Below, in pieces: positions 12,842-24,498 of a stretch of DNA of 64,000 bases. Source of the stretch: Laetmonice hystrix (lineage: Eukaryota); the NCBI GenBank assembly GCA_965235115.1, contig OZ249440.1, positions 31,870,001 through 31,934,000 on the forward strand, read 5' to 3'. Position 1 is the stretch's first letter; each line of letters opens with the position of its first letter. The position numbers and the translations under genes are program-made. Below the pieces are notes generated by a model. It did no database searches, was not told the origin of the DNA, and saw nothing but the letters and a program-made list of their open reading frames with translations.

Positions 12842-13723
12842 CAGGGATGGGAACTATTACAGGCGATCGATTACGATTACTATTACTATTACTTTGAAAT
12901 TTTACGATTACTATTACTATTACAATTACATTATTTCTAATCTATTATAACTACTATTACTATTACTGAGCCATCTATTACAATTACAATTACTATTACA
13001 TTTTTGCAAGCTGCTTGATCCCGACAAAGCAAGAGCAGTTCAAGATAAATGGAATAGCCTTAGCAGCTAGCTCTTGTGAGCTGTTCACACCTGAACAGCT
13101 CTCATTAGCATACCCAGGGGGTGCTTGGGGTGCTCAAGCACCCCCCTCAATTTGCCCAATTTTGTTGCCCACAGCCCCCCACAATTTGCAGCGCCTCCGA
13201 CGTTGGTTATTGCCAGCACCCCCCTGAGTCCAGTTTCTGGGTACGCCACTGGCTCTTGTGAGCTGTTCACACCATAGCAGCTCTTGTGAACTGCTCACAG
13301 TCACACATTTGGCTTTGCTTGGTTTCTGAGCTTTCACACCCTGCCCCTTGCAACTGCAAGGGTGTGAAAGCTGCTTAGATTCAAAAGAAACACTGATAGT
13401 GGTTTGCTCAATGTAGTTAGTTGTGATGGTTTAACTTTTAGCCTTAGCTTTTAATTGGCCATATTGTCCTCTTCTTATTGCTTACTTTTTAATAACACTG
13501 AATAAAAGGGAATGTAGGAACAAACCATTTGGATAACAGAATAATGTTATTTGGATATAATAGAAAAATAGTATACTATATTACTCTATTACTCTGCCTT
13601 CTATTACTATTACTATTACAATTACTTTAGGAAATTCTCAATCTATTACTATTACTATTACAGGAAAATCGGGCTATTACATATTACAATTACATATTAC
13701 ATATTACTATTACCCCATCCCTG
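12842..13723. mobile_element. hAT MITE, 8-bp TSD, ATTACT subterminal repeats
   Basis: CAGGGATGGG ... CCCATCCCTG; TSD CCTGGAAC. Confidence 0.9.
13103..13251. mobile_element. Small hAT-like MITE nested in 12842-13723
   Basis: Degenerate CATTAGCATACCCAG / CTGGGTACGCCACTG ends; TSD GCTCT. Confidence 0.6.
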
Positions 13724-14260
13724 CCTGGAACGTCACTTCCAGCCAGCCCAGTAGCAACAAATGGCTGCGACGCTGAAGCCAGTGATTTTGACAGGGTTGT
13801 CATGTTCAACTTATGTCTTCTTGGAATAGGGGGACATTTATTTCCAACCACTACTCTGAAAGCTGAGTGTATATAGAGGCCTTGCAGCTGTCCAAATGTG
13901 ATTTTTGACTGGACTTCTCCTTTAAGGTGTTAATTAATCCTTGTGATCAGGGTGCTCTTCCAAACTTGTTGCGTGTGGCCCTGTCACCGTGACCATGGGC
14001 ATGGTGGTATGGCATCGGCTGCATGACCATGATGGCCGGGTGGATGACGGTGGGCACAGCGACTGCTGCCCAGGCTCCAAGTTGTCACCCTGTCCCTGGC
14101 TTGTTTATTGAAGCACATGGAATTACTGTATAATTTGACTTAGGCCTAATTTAACACAGTAAAGAAAATTTTAGGCTAAGCTAATGAAAAAAGTCAAACC
14201 ATCACCAAAAAAATCGCAGGTGATGGTCCGACTGCGTGGCGATGTGACTGACTTGCCACA

Positions 14261-14434
14261 TCACAAAGTCGTCGGGGCAGAAAAATGATCTGAACAGATC
14301 TGATGATTTGGTCTCACCCTCACCACACCCTTCTTAAACTCCTCTCTGTCGAGAAGAGGTGGAACGACCCATTGAACGAATTTTCGCGTTCTGTACTGCA
14401 TGTTTTTGCAGGCAAAAACAACACAGTACGCCAT
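14261..14434 (-). pseudogene. THAP zinc-finger remnant (Kolobok transposase N-terminus)
   Basis: MAYCVVFACKN...W...ICSDHF fits the THAP C2CH pattern, with an apparent internal deletion. Confidence 0.7.
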
Positions 14435-14561
14435 GGACATGCTTGCAAGCGAGAGCGACAGGATGGGAATGACGTCACATAGCATGTCAGGCCTGTAAAA
14501 ATCGCATAAAAAAGTGGTTGTCTTGAGAACAACCACTTTTCAAAATATGGTTGTCCCCACA

Positions 14562-15173
14562 CAGGGTTGTTTGATTTAAATCATTTGATTTAAATCATGA
14601 TTAAAATCAAGTAAAAAAAATCAAAAAAATCACATGATTTTTTTGAATTTTCAAGAAATCACGGCAACCACGTTTTATTCTACTTCTAAATTTTGTAAGT
14701 CCATATTAGCATTGGGGTTACTAAACAATACAACAGACTGTTGAAACACTAACTCCAGGTCACAGGTGCATGTTTTTACAAGATGACCAGTGTGCTGGAC
14801 CATGTCAGGCTGGCTTCCACTAGTCAGAGTTGCTGTTTGCTTAGGACTGCTCCACTGTGCCAGTCTGCCACACTCCATAAACACAGCCCTTGTCTTCTGG
14901 GGCAAGAGGGGTGGGGGGGAGGGGGGGGAAGCTTGTTTATAACTAGATTTTTATAACATAAGTAATTTATAGTGTGTTAAACATTGATTGTTATTTTAAT
15001 AAATTGATTTAAACTGATGTTGTATTGTTTTTTCTATGATATCATTTAAATCCACCTAGTCATTAATATCGACCAGCAAAAAAATCTGATTTAAATCCAA
15101 AAAATCGATTTAAATATAAAAAATCAGATTTCTTTTTATTTATTTTTTTAAATCATGATTTTTAACAACCCTG
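14562..15173. mobile_element. hAT MITE, 8-bp TSD
   Basis: CAGGGTTGTT ... AACAACCCTG; TSD TCCCCACA; GATTTAAATC subterminal repeats. Confidence 0.9.
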
Positions 15174-15309
15174 TCCCCACATAATATTTGGTTGTCCTCA
15201 CAGAAAAAAGAATGTTGGCTTCCTAGGGCTATTATTAAATGTTTACTCTATTTTGTAGTTCCTATGAAGCATTATGACCATAATATAGATACAGAAAACA
15301 TACAATATA

Positions 15310-15487
15310 CAGTCAGACCTCGTTAATCCGTGCTTCTGTAATCCGGATACCTCACAATCCGAACACCCTTTCTGGCAACCTCTTGCACCATTTTCTATTT
15401 AAAATGATTCAGTAATTATCCGTATATTTCACAATCCGAACACATTTTAATGGGCACCAAGCTGTTCGGATAAACGAGGTCTGACTG
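15310..15487. mobile_element. Tc1/pogo MITE
   Basis: TA|CAGTCAGACCTCGTT ... AACGAGGTCTGACTG|TA. Confidence 0.9.
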
Positions 15488-15699
15488 TATATACAATAAT
15501 CTCATTACATCAGCTGAATGAGGTAAATCTATACAAATGTATGGGTCACCGGAACATAAAGTTTTATACATGTATAATACAAAACATGACTGGGTGCATC
15601 TTCACTAATTATATTTTTTTGAATGTCCTTTTATGTGTCTGGAACCCTTGCAGTCATCAAGATGTGTTTTAGATGTGTTACCATTCTCCTCCAATGTAG

Positions 15700-16410
15700 A
15701 CTAGATACTTGTATAATATCAAAATTGATGGTGTCGGACGTACTCAGAAAAATGAATTTTTTGGACTTCATGTTTGCATTTTGCAAATTTTCTGAATTTA
15801 GAAAGTTTGGGCAGACCTTGTGTTTTTTAATTAAACATACTGGGAATTTGCTGTGTGATGCAAGAATATTTTTCCATGAAAAAATTTGGGGTGGTAAGTC
15901 AAGACATTTTTTCCACGTACATTTGTGAAATCAGTAGTTGATAGGTTTTCCTGCAGGCACATTTTGGGGGACACTCCTAAAATAAAAACAGTTATTCCCC
16001 CCAGAAATTCAAAAACCTAACTCAAGCTACCCCTAAAGTAGTGTATTGCCATTTTCCTCCAGTCTCGACAAGATACTGACTTAGGATCTATGATATAAAA
16101 ATTAACGGTGTTGGACGTACTTAGAAAAGTGAATTTCTTTTACTTGATGTTTTCATTTCACAAATTTTCTGAATTTAAAAAGTTTATGCAAAACTTGTGT
16201 TTTTTAATTAAACATTGGGAATTTGCTGTGCAGTGCAAGAATATCTTTCCAGGAAAAAATTAGGGGGTGACAAGTAGAGAATTTTTTTTTCATTGTGTCA
16301 GGCATACATTTTGTGGTGCTGGACATAGAAAATGTGTGAAATCAGTTGCCCGTTTTGGAGGGAGACTCGTAGAAATAATATCAGTTATCCCCCAAAAAGT
16401 TAAAAACCCT
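15700..16410 (+). repeat. Diverged tandem duplication, period ~375 bp
   Basis: GGACGTACT...GAAAA and GGGAATTTGCTGTG blocks recur at that spacing. Confidence 0.7.
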
Positions 16411-16465
16411 GCCCCCATCCTGTGTTAGTGCAATGCCCGCTGGATCCTAGCCATCTGTGATTGTA

Positions 16466-17258
16466 CCCTGGGGGGGGGGGGTGTTCCGGCTAAATAAACA
16501 TAGACTGGTCCTACATCTGACATTTTTGTTTACTGTCTTTTTGTGATGACAGGTCCACTTTATGAAGAAGTCTAAAGAATTGGAACTAAATATTGTCTCT
16601 TGGATGTTTTAGACAGTTAGCTGTTATCAGAATGGTGTGAATTTTTCTTGCTGTAAATTGGCCTCAGTTTTCATCGTCACACTCACAGTGCACAATTTGT
16701 GTCAAAGGAATGCAAATGTAGGACCACCATAGGACTGGTTTGGTGCAACACCTTTTTGGACTGGTCTTACCTCAGTCATAAAATGTCAGACATAAGATTC
16801 AGGGCTCGAAAAAATTTCTGAAGGCTAGGTGCCCTGCCGGGCACCTAGTTTTACCCCATCTTGAAATTCTTGGTGCCCGGCCATTTTGAGTTGGTGCCCG
16901 GGCATTCTGAGTTGAATTGATAATGTCATGCTAAGGGTGAGTCTATTTTGTCTACTGTATTTTTCTTAAACTTCTGCAAGGGTGAATTGTGATAACAAGA
17001 TAGAGGACAAATTTGGCATGGAGGAGGGGGGTGATAGCAAGCCATGAAAGTCTGACTGTCGTGATTACATGTAGTGACTGTACGTATGTGTAATGGCCTG
17101 AGTCATTTGAAGGTGCCCGTCTGGGCACGTTCTTTCATGACAGAATCCTTTTTTAGGTGCCCTGATAAAAATTTAGGTGCCCTCGGGCACGCAGGCACGT
17201 GATTTTTCGAGCCCTGAGATTGGTCATACGTTAAGTGCAACGCCCCCCCCCCCCCCGG
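16466..17258. mobile_element. Unclassified element with CC(G)n / (C)nGG termini
   Basis: TA|CCCTG(G)n-TGTT ... AACG(C)nGG|TA; hosts the 16800 insertion. Confidence 0.6.
16800..17216 (-). mobile_element. hAT-like MITE, 5-bp TSD (copy 2 of the 5667 family, inverted)
   Basis: CAGGGCTCGAAAAA ... TTTTTCGAGCCCTG; TSD AGATT. Confidence 0.9.
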
Positions 17259-18523
17259 TACTAAGGTACTATTACTGTCAGCTATGTTTTTTCGGGGTCG
17301 GACGTACATGGCTGGGTAATATTTTTTATTTACCCCCATTTTTTTTACAGTAAAGAAGAAATTAGTAATTTTGTTTAATAGTTCACTGCACAGCTATTAC
17401 TGCTTAAAATGATGAATAAATCATTTCTTTCTCTGTGGTCTGTTACAGAAATACATTCCATTAATTTTCTCTTACAGAAAAAGTCAGTGAGGAGAGGTGC
17501 CTATTAGTATTAGTATACATTTAACATGATTTTTAACAGACATTTTTGGATCTGATCTCCAAATTTTTAGTATTTTCTTAAAATTTTGCTTTTTTACTTC
17601 AAAACGACACCAAATTTGACAACATCCTTTGAAATTGAAATTTTAACCCCCAGGTTGACATTTCCATGGAACTGCTTGGGAATGGCACCAATCCAATTTA
17701 CGTATACAGAATGTCGTTCCGTTTACAACGTGCCGGTGCATATTTTGAGTTGAATGGACGTGTCCCCTGCTTGTACCATGCTTCATTATAAAGAGCCATA
17801 ACCATTTCAACGGCTACGGGACCTGTCGAAACAACATAACATGCCGACAAGATGGCACCGACACACGAGTACCTGACGAATTTTGATCGATTCGCCTTTA
17901 TTTAACTGCCATTAAATGATAAAATAAGCTTGCGTCGTTTTCGGGATTTAAAGGTGGTTGTCTGCGTGTACGCCCAGATATTTATTTTTGGTTGTCCGCA
18001 CGGCTGACATAGGCCTCCGGGACACGCGATTTTTACAGGCCTGCATGTGTCTCAGAAAATGAGGGCGTCCCCTTAAAGTTGTTGTGGCTGCAGTTCCCGC
18101 GGTATTTTTAAAAATTCATATCTCTCGCCTTTGTGGACCTAAAATTACCAAAACTTCACAGATGAAATATTAAATTATATTGAACAAGGAAATCTTAGTT
18201 TCAAAATCGATTCTGGTCTCCTTTAAGCAGGCGTTAATCAGGCGTTCGATGTTCCATAAGCTGGGCCGAATGAAGACTCATACTTAAAAGCAGACGTTTC
18301 TCAGACGTATTTAGACATTACTTATGCTTTTCTATCTACCGTTCATGGCCAAAAAAAATTGAATTTGCCACTGTCTGACACCATCTGACGTAAATATTTA
18401 GACGGAGGCAGACGGAATCGTTAAACGGCAGCATGGGACAGGGGCTTAAAGTTTGAGGGCTCCCAAACACAATTAGAGGTCAATTTTGGTAGATTTCGGT
18501 AATTAGTGATACCAGATTTACAC

Positions 18524-18776
18524 GGTCTCGATCAAAATTGGACGCCGCTCAGAATCGGCCGCCCGTAATAACCTACGGACGAGCAGGCGTAACACGCAGG
18601 TTGCTCCGCCGGCGAAGCCTAACCTTAACCTTAACCCTGCTAACACTAACCCTTGGCCTAACCTTAACCGCCTAGGACTAGGTCCAGCCGATTTTAAACC
18701 ACTGCAACCGTCGAGTACAGCTGCCCGTAACTTACGCGCGGCCGATTTTGAGCGGCAGCCAATTTCGATATACACC
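18524..18776. mobile_element. MULE-like MITE with internal telomere-like CCTAAC/CTTAAC repeats
   Basis: 9-bp TSD GATTTACAC; ~50-bp imperfect TIR starting GG. Confidence 0.8.
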
Positions 18777-19236
18777 GATTTACACCACCGCCTTAAAAAT
18801 TTAAACCACCGCAAAGCTAAGCAAAGTTCCTAACGTTGTGATATATTTTTTGCTTTGGGGATTGCAATATAACAAAGTGACTAGATTTTGGGGCCACCTA
18901 AGCTAGGCCTAGCGTCAGCTCTGTTTGAAACACAGAGGTGACGAGTTGGCTAGATCTGCCCCTGATAACCTCTCTTAAAAATTTGGCCTGGCATGCCTGG
19001 CTACTAATGTTAGGCGAGACTAAACACTTTAACACTATTTTTGTGTAGTGTCAAAAACTCCTTAGCTGCATTTGGATTAGCCTCTAACATAGGCCGTGTG
19101 TATGTATACACGGCCTATCCTCTAGCAAACGGGCTACGAGACCAAACGTTCTAGCGCAGAATGAATGTGCTACCGCACCTCTTCCAACACTTCAAATAAA
19201 AGATTGCCTTTACCTTCAGCTAAGTGAGCCCAATGA

Positions 19237-19530
19237 ACTTACTTGGTGTTCCTCTAAGCAACAGATTCGGCCCATTTTCCAAACCAAGCGACCACTTTCC
19301 ATAGTCTTACAACCGGCGCCATTTCTGTAAACCCACATCCGGGGTCAAGCTCACGACGGGAGCAGGCATTTCAGACGTTGGCTATCATAGTTTGGCGCCA
19401 TAATGGAGGAATTGCTGGTTGGTCTAGAATAAAGAATGCTCCCCTGCTGGGCGCCAGTGTGCATGTTTTGAACATGCGCACTAGAACAAACAGTATGGCT
19501 GCTAACGGCAGTGAACCAGCGCGATTCGAA
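19237..19530 (-). promoter_or_regulatory. Candidate promoter and 5' exon (possibly alpha-catenin exon 1)
   Basis: ETS-like CCGGATGT and YY1-like AAATGGCGCC motifs, then ~100 nt ending in a CAA|GTAAGT donor (19237-19242). Non-repetitive island between transposons. Confidence 0.35.
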
Positions 19531-19744
19531 ATTTCGAAAGTCTGATTTATTAAAACTTTGGGCAAAAATCCTGGGAAAAGTGTGCAGCAGAGGAACAGAA
19601 GATGGGCTGCGTTAGAATTGACACCTCAACTGGCAGTAGTTACGATGGATTTTGCACAGCGAGTGATTGACATAGGAGGTAGGGTTTTTCGCGTTAACGC
19701 TGTCCGTCCCTACACTGGGGACGATACTCCGTCTACATTTGGAT

Positions 19745-20449
19745 GGGCTGTTCTTGACACTCGAACATGTTCTTGTTGTTCAGAAGGAGTGGGGAACAAA
19801 TACGAACGTTGTTCTTGTTATCCGAACTGTGCCGAACATGTTCACGAACATTGTTGCCCCCACTCCCCAGCAAGGCTGGGGTGAAAGAACAAATATATGG
19901 TGGACGGCATGTCATTAATGTCAGTGTTCTCATGTCAAAATTGGAATATTTGTATATTTATTCATGAACAGTTGAGTTATTTTGAAAGAAAAGATGCTTA
20001 GTATCAATCATATACGATACTGGTAATTGATTGGTTTAAGAGCGGTTAGGCCTAGGTCCCTGTGATAAACACAGGTGCTGGGCGCTGTGCAACTTTGCGG
20101 CAGTTGCGCTAAGCCAAGCTGCCGACGCTGGGCAGGTCGATCGCACATGCCAGCTTGCAAAGTTGAGACAGTAACGGATCCAGAGGGGTCCATAAAGGCC
20201 TTGCCTCCCCCCCCCAAAAAAAATCATAATTAAAACAACTTCCAAAGGCATCACGCTGTCACATTTTGAAAGAAATAGTGATTCATTACCAGATAACTGT
20301 TCAATTCATCATTGCTGGGTGTATGCTGTATAGCCAGTTCGGTGTTTGGATGGTGCTATGAAGGGTAACATGTTCCAGGTGCATGTTCTTTGTTGTTTGA
20401 ATGATCGGGGACATGTTCCTGAAGTGTTAAGGAACATCAAGAACAGCCC
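19745..20449. mobile_element. ISL2EU-like non-autonomous element
   Basis: AT|GGGCTGTTCTTGA ... TCAAGAACAGCCC|AT. Confidence 0.75.
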
Positions 20450-20454
20450 ATTCG

Positions 20455-20821
20455 CAGTGTTGCCAACCATCCGGAATTATACCGGAAACCTCCGGAAATT
20501 CAGGTCACCTTTTCAAGAGGTCCGGAATCCGGAAAAATAGTCTGGAAAATATGTAGAATTTCGAAAACCTCCGGAATTCCAGGCATTACGTCTGGGGTTT
20601 CCGTATTTTCCATCATTTCAGTAAGTCGTGGAGAGGTGGCGCTGTGATGGTAGCTTGAAATGTTCATGCTAATGTCTATAGTATAGAATCCGCTAGGTTT
20701 CCTCAATGACCTAGTTATATCACAGCTTAAAAATACTTCTGGAGGATGTGTCCGCGAACAAGATGCGGCAACCGCAAATGGGTCCGGAATTTTTGGGTTC
20801 TCGCCCAGGTTGGCAACGCTG
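20455..20821. mobile_element. hAT-like MITE, 6-bp TSD
   Basis: CAGTGTTGCCAACC ... GGTTGGCAACGCTG; TSD CATTCG; TCCGGAA subterminal repeats. Confidence 0.85.
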
Positions 20822-21823
20822 CATTCGAACGCTACCCTTCAATTCTAGCTGGACCTCTTCCAGTTTGGCCATCATGTTGTTGAACTCGAACTCTGCGGGC
20901 CGAAACGTGGGCAGCCCACCCGGCCCAAACTAACTGTGACCCCGGAAGTGCACGAACGCTGAAATCCCCGTTTCTCGCCCACAACAATAATAAGGCCTCA
21001 GCTCAAGCGTAAACATTTTATTCTAGTACTACACCCACTCAATGGCCGGTCGTAGTCGCTGGCTGGTTATAAAGTTACCAGCTGCCTCCCAGTGATGTAC
21101 ACAAATTCTAGATTTTTAGCTGCCTTCTGCGCTCTGTTTTATGGTTGAGCCGTCTGCATCACGACTCACACCCTCACCGGGAGCAACACTCACGGCCAGG
21201 CTGTGTAAATGTTAGGCCTACCTTTGCCGGGTGCTTAGTGTCATGTCATAAGCATGTTACTATGTCCTGAAAGAACGAATTATGGAAAGTTATTGTGTAC
21301 ACTTTACTCACATGCAGTTATGGTTAAACACTTGAGAAGTGTCGATGTCCTGGATCCTTAGTTCGAAATATCCGGTTGGCTTGAAATTCCACACGGACCT
21401 ATCGAGGGCTCCTTCCGTCGATGATTCACTCTCAACATACCCTTTGGGATCCCCGTGTTGTTCTCAAAACACTTTTACTATTACTCTTCTTAGGGTTTAT
21501 GTATTGCGATTTTTTGATGCTTCATATGTTAAGAATAATGAAAAATGGGTAATATTTCGTTCTTCGGCAATATATAAGCCATTGTTATTCAGAAGAAGTT
21601 CCTAAGAATTGGTCTAGACGGGGCGTGTTAGCATCTCACGGAACAGCCTTAGCCTGGTTCCCCTGCCCGCCGCTCCACTCCTTGGCGCTGATGGTCCTCG
21701 CACCTACACTGACTGGTTCCCTGTTCAACTCCTATCGGAGATAGAGACAGGTACACAGCAGCGCGTTAGCCCATTTCATTGGCCGAAGTGCGACTCGCTC
21801 TCATTGGGGTCATTATCCCATTT

Positions 21824-22141
21824 CAGGCCCGTAGCCAGGGGGGTGCGCAGGGTGCGTACGCCCCCCCCCCCACAGCCCAAGCTCCCCCTAACTTCAAAAG
21901 GTTGCAAGCACTCGCTGGAGTAGGCCTACCCTAGTGCACCCCCCTGCCCAACATTCCAAGATCTTCCTAACTTCAGTTATTTTGTGCTCCAAATTGCACC
22001 AGATATCACCAAAATACACCTTAAATTCCAAAATTTTCTGGGGGGCCATGACCCTGGACCCGCCTAACTAGGCTTCTCGCTCTCAGCACTAAAAGTTTGC
22101 GGACGGACTTGGCACCTTTGGCCTGGGGGGCTTAGGGCCTA
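21824..22141. mobile_element. Old hAT-like MITE
   Basis: CAGGCCCGTAGCC start, degenerate right end; TSD matches at 6 of 8 positions. Confidence 0.5.
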
Positions 22142-22204
22142 TCCTATGTCATGAATTCCACGCAAATCGGGACATGAACATCAGATTTGAGAATTCCAGG
22201 CACG

Positions 22205-24498
22205 TAGTCGGGTAGCCAACCCAGGTAACCCGGAAATTTTTAGACCCGCAAGAGATTATGATTGATTTGTGTCCACATAGGCTCTGTGAAGATTTTCAGC
22301 TTTGTTGGCCGAAGTTGGCTGTTGAGGAATTTTTTTTATAAGCTAATTTGCGTAAATTAGCATAATTAATAACAAATCGTCATAAGCTCAGGTAACTTGA
22401 AAACCATTTGGCCTAGAATCATATGTTATAGCACTTTTCCATACAATATCAACACGGGGAATCCATTTTTGACATTTGTTTTGTGATTCAAGGTCAAGGT
22501 CAAATATTAAGGTCAAGACCAAAAATGGCAAAAAAAAACTGGGGTTTCCAGGACAGTTGGCCTAAAATCACATTTAATGGAGTGTTTCCTTACAATATAG
22601 AGGCATGCAATCCAATTGTGGCATATACGTCTTGTGATTCGACATTAAAGTCAAGGTCAAATGTCAAGGTCAAGGCCACAAATGGCCCAAAACTGGGATA
22701 TTGTGAGAAGCTCGGTCAAAGTCAAAGGTCAAATTCAAGGTCGAAAAACGGGATTTCTAGGACAAATTTGTGGGTTACAACGTACTGATCATTTATTGAA
22801 TATATATATATATATATATATATGAACAGATATCATGAAATATCAGTACATTTGACATCACCATCTTCATCGCCATCCTCACAATAATCCTCACGTTACT
22901 CGTTAAGCATCACATTAATCCTCATAATAATCACGTAAAATCACCACGTTACACCACCCCACCCACACTTCACACCCTGCAGGACACCCCCCCCCCCACA
23001 CCCCACACCCACACCCCACACCTTGCAGGACACCCACCCATACCCCCACCCACACTTCACACCCTGCAGGACACCCACCCACACCCCACACCCCACACCC
23101 CACACCTTGCAGGACCCCCATCCCCACCCCACCCCACACCCTGCGGGACACCCACCCACGCCCCACACCCACACCCTGCAGGACACCCACCCCCACACCA
23201 CACCCCACACCCTGCAGGACACCCACCCACACCCCACACCTTGCAGGACCCCCATCCCCACCCCACCCCACACCCTGCGGGACACCCACCCACGCCCCAC
23301 ACCCACACCCCACACCCTGCAGGACACCCACCCACACACCACACACCACACCCTGCAGGACACCCACCCACACCCCACACCCATATAGTCATATAGTCCC
23401 ACCCACACCCCACTAACCCCCACCCCCAGTCATGTAGTCCCACCCACATCCCACTAACCCCTACCACCAGTCATGTAGTCCCACCCACACCCCACTAACC
23501 CCCACCCCAGTCATGTAGTCCCACCCACACCCCACTAACCCCCACCCCCAGTCATGTAGTCCCACACACACCCCACTAACCCACACCCCCAGTCATGTAG
23601 TCCCACCCACACCCCACACCCACACCCCCAGTCATGTAGTCCCACCCACACCCCACACCCTGCAGGACACCCATCCACACCCCACACCCACACCTTGCAG
23701 CACAACCCCACTAACCCCCACCCCCAGTCATATAGTCCCACCCACACCCCACTAACCCCCACCCCCAGTCATGTAGTCCCACCCACACCCCACTAACCCA
23801 CACCCCCAGTCATGTAGTCCCACCCACACCCCACTAACCCACACCCCCAGTCATGTAGTCCCACCCACACCCCATTAACCCCCATCCCCTGTCATGTAGC
23901 CCCACCCACACCCCACTAACCCACACCCCCAGTCATGCAGCCCCACCCACACCTCACTAACCCACACTCCCAGTCATGTAGTTCCACCCACACCCCGCCC
24001 CCAGTCATGTAGTCCGTAATTTGAGCTTGTTTCCTGCTGAAATGTCCCTGATACTACAGGAAGGAAGGACTTCGGACCGACTATTTGTGCCATTTGTGGC
24101 CTTGACCTTGACATTTGACCTTGACTTTAACTGTCCTGGAAACCCCAGTATTTTTGCCATTTTTGGTCTTGACCTTGATATTTGACCTTGACCTTGACCT
24201 TGAATCACAAAACAAATGTCAAAAATGGATTCCCCGTGTTGATATTGTATGGAAAAGTGCTATTACATATGATTCTAGGCCAAATGGTTTTCAAGTTACG
24301 TGAGCTTATGACGATTTGTTATTAATTATGCTAATTTATGCAAATTAGCTTATAAAAAAAATTCCTCAACAGCCAACTTCGGCCAACAAAGCTGAAAATC
24401 TTCACAGAGAGTATGTGGACACAAATCATTCATAATCTCTTGCGGGTCTAAAAATTTCCGGGTCCCTATTAAAAATGGTAAGGACGTCTACTCGACTA
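22205..24498. mobile_element. Non-autonomous Academ-like element with long TIRs
   Basis: TAGTCG ... CGACTA termini; 3-bp TSD ACG; several hundred bp of near-perfect inverted arms. Confidence 0.85.
22950..24012 (+). repeat. Two adjacent C-rich minisatellites inside the Academ-like element
   Basis: CACACCCTGCAGGACACCCACC units, then ~42-bp CCCAGTCATGTAGTCCCACCCACACCCCACTAA units. Confidence 0.9.

Larger units (their letters stand above)
14488..18043. mobile_element. hAT-like element, 5-bp TSD
   Basis: Perfect 18-bp TIR CAGGCCTGTAAAAATCGC; TSD CATGT. Confidence 0.9.
9411..18222 (-). mobile_element. Kolobok-like element
   Basis: TTAA|AGGAGACAAGAATCGA ... TCGATTCTGGTCTCCT|TTAA; contains a THAP-domain remnant. 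Confidence 0.8.
7951..18446. mobile_element. PIF/Harbinger-like element inflated to 10.5 kb by nested insertions
   Basis: ~37-bp TIR (CTGTCCCA...GCCGTTTAACGATTCCGTCTG) at both ends; TWA/TTAA flanks; the minisatellite continues on both sides. Confidence 0.85.

Noticed and set aside
19558..19884. Cys-rich 108-aa ORF
   Set aside because: Its Cys-rich half is translated from TGTTC repeats of the transposon starting at 19745.
20825..21460. Possible minus-strand coding bits (MMAKLEEVQLELK; GDPKGYVESE...)
   Set aside because: No recognisable homology or convincing splice-site pair.
22915..23762. Gly/Val/Trp- and Pro/His/Thr-rich ORFs
   Set aside because: Minisatellite artefacts open in several frames.
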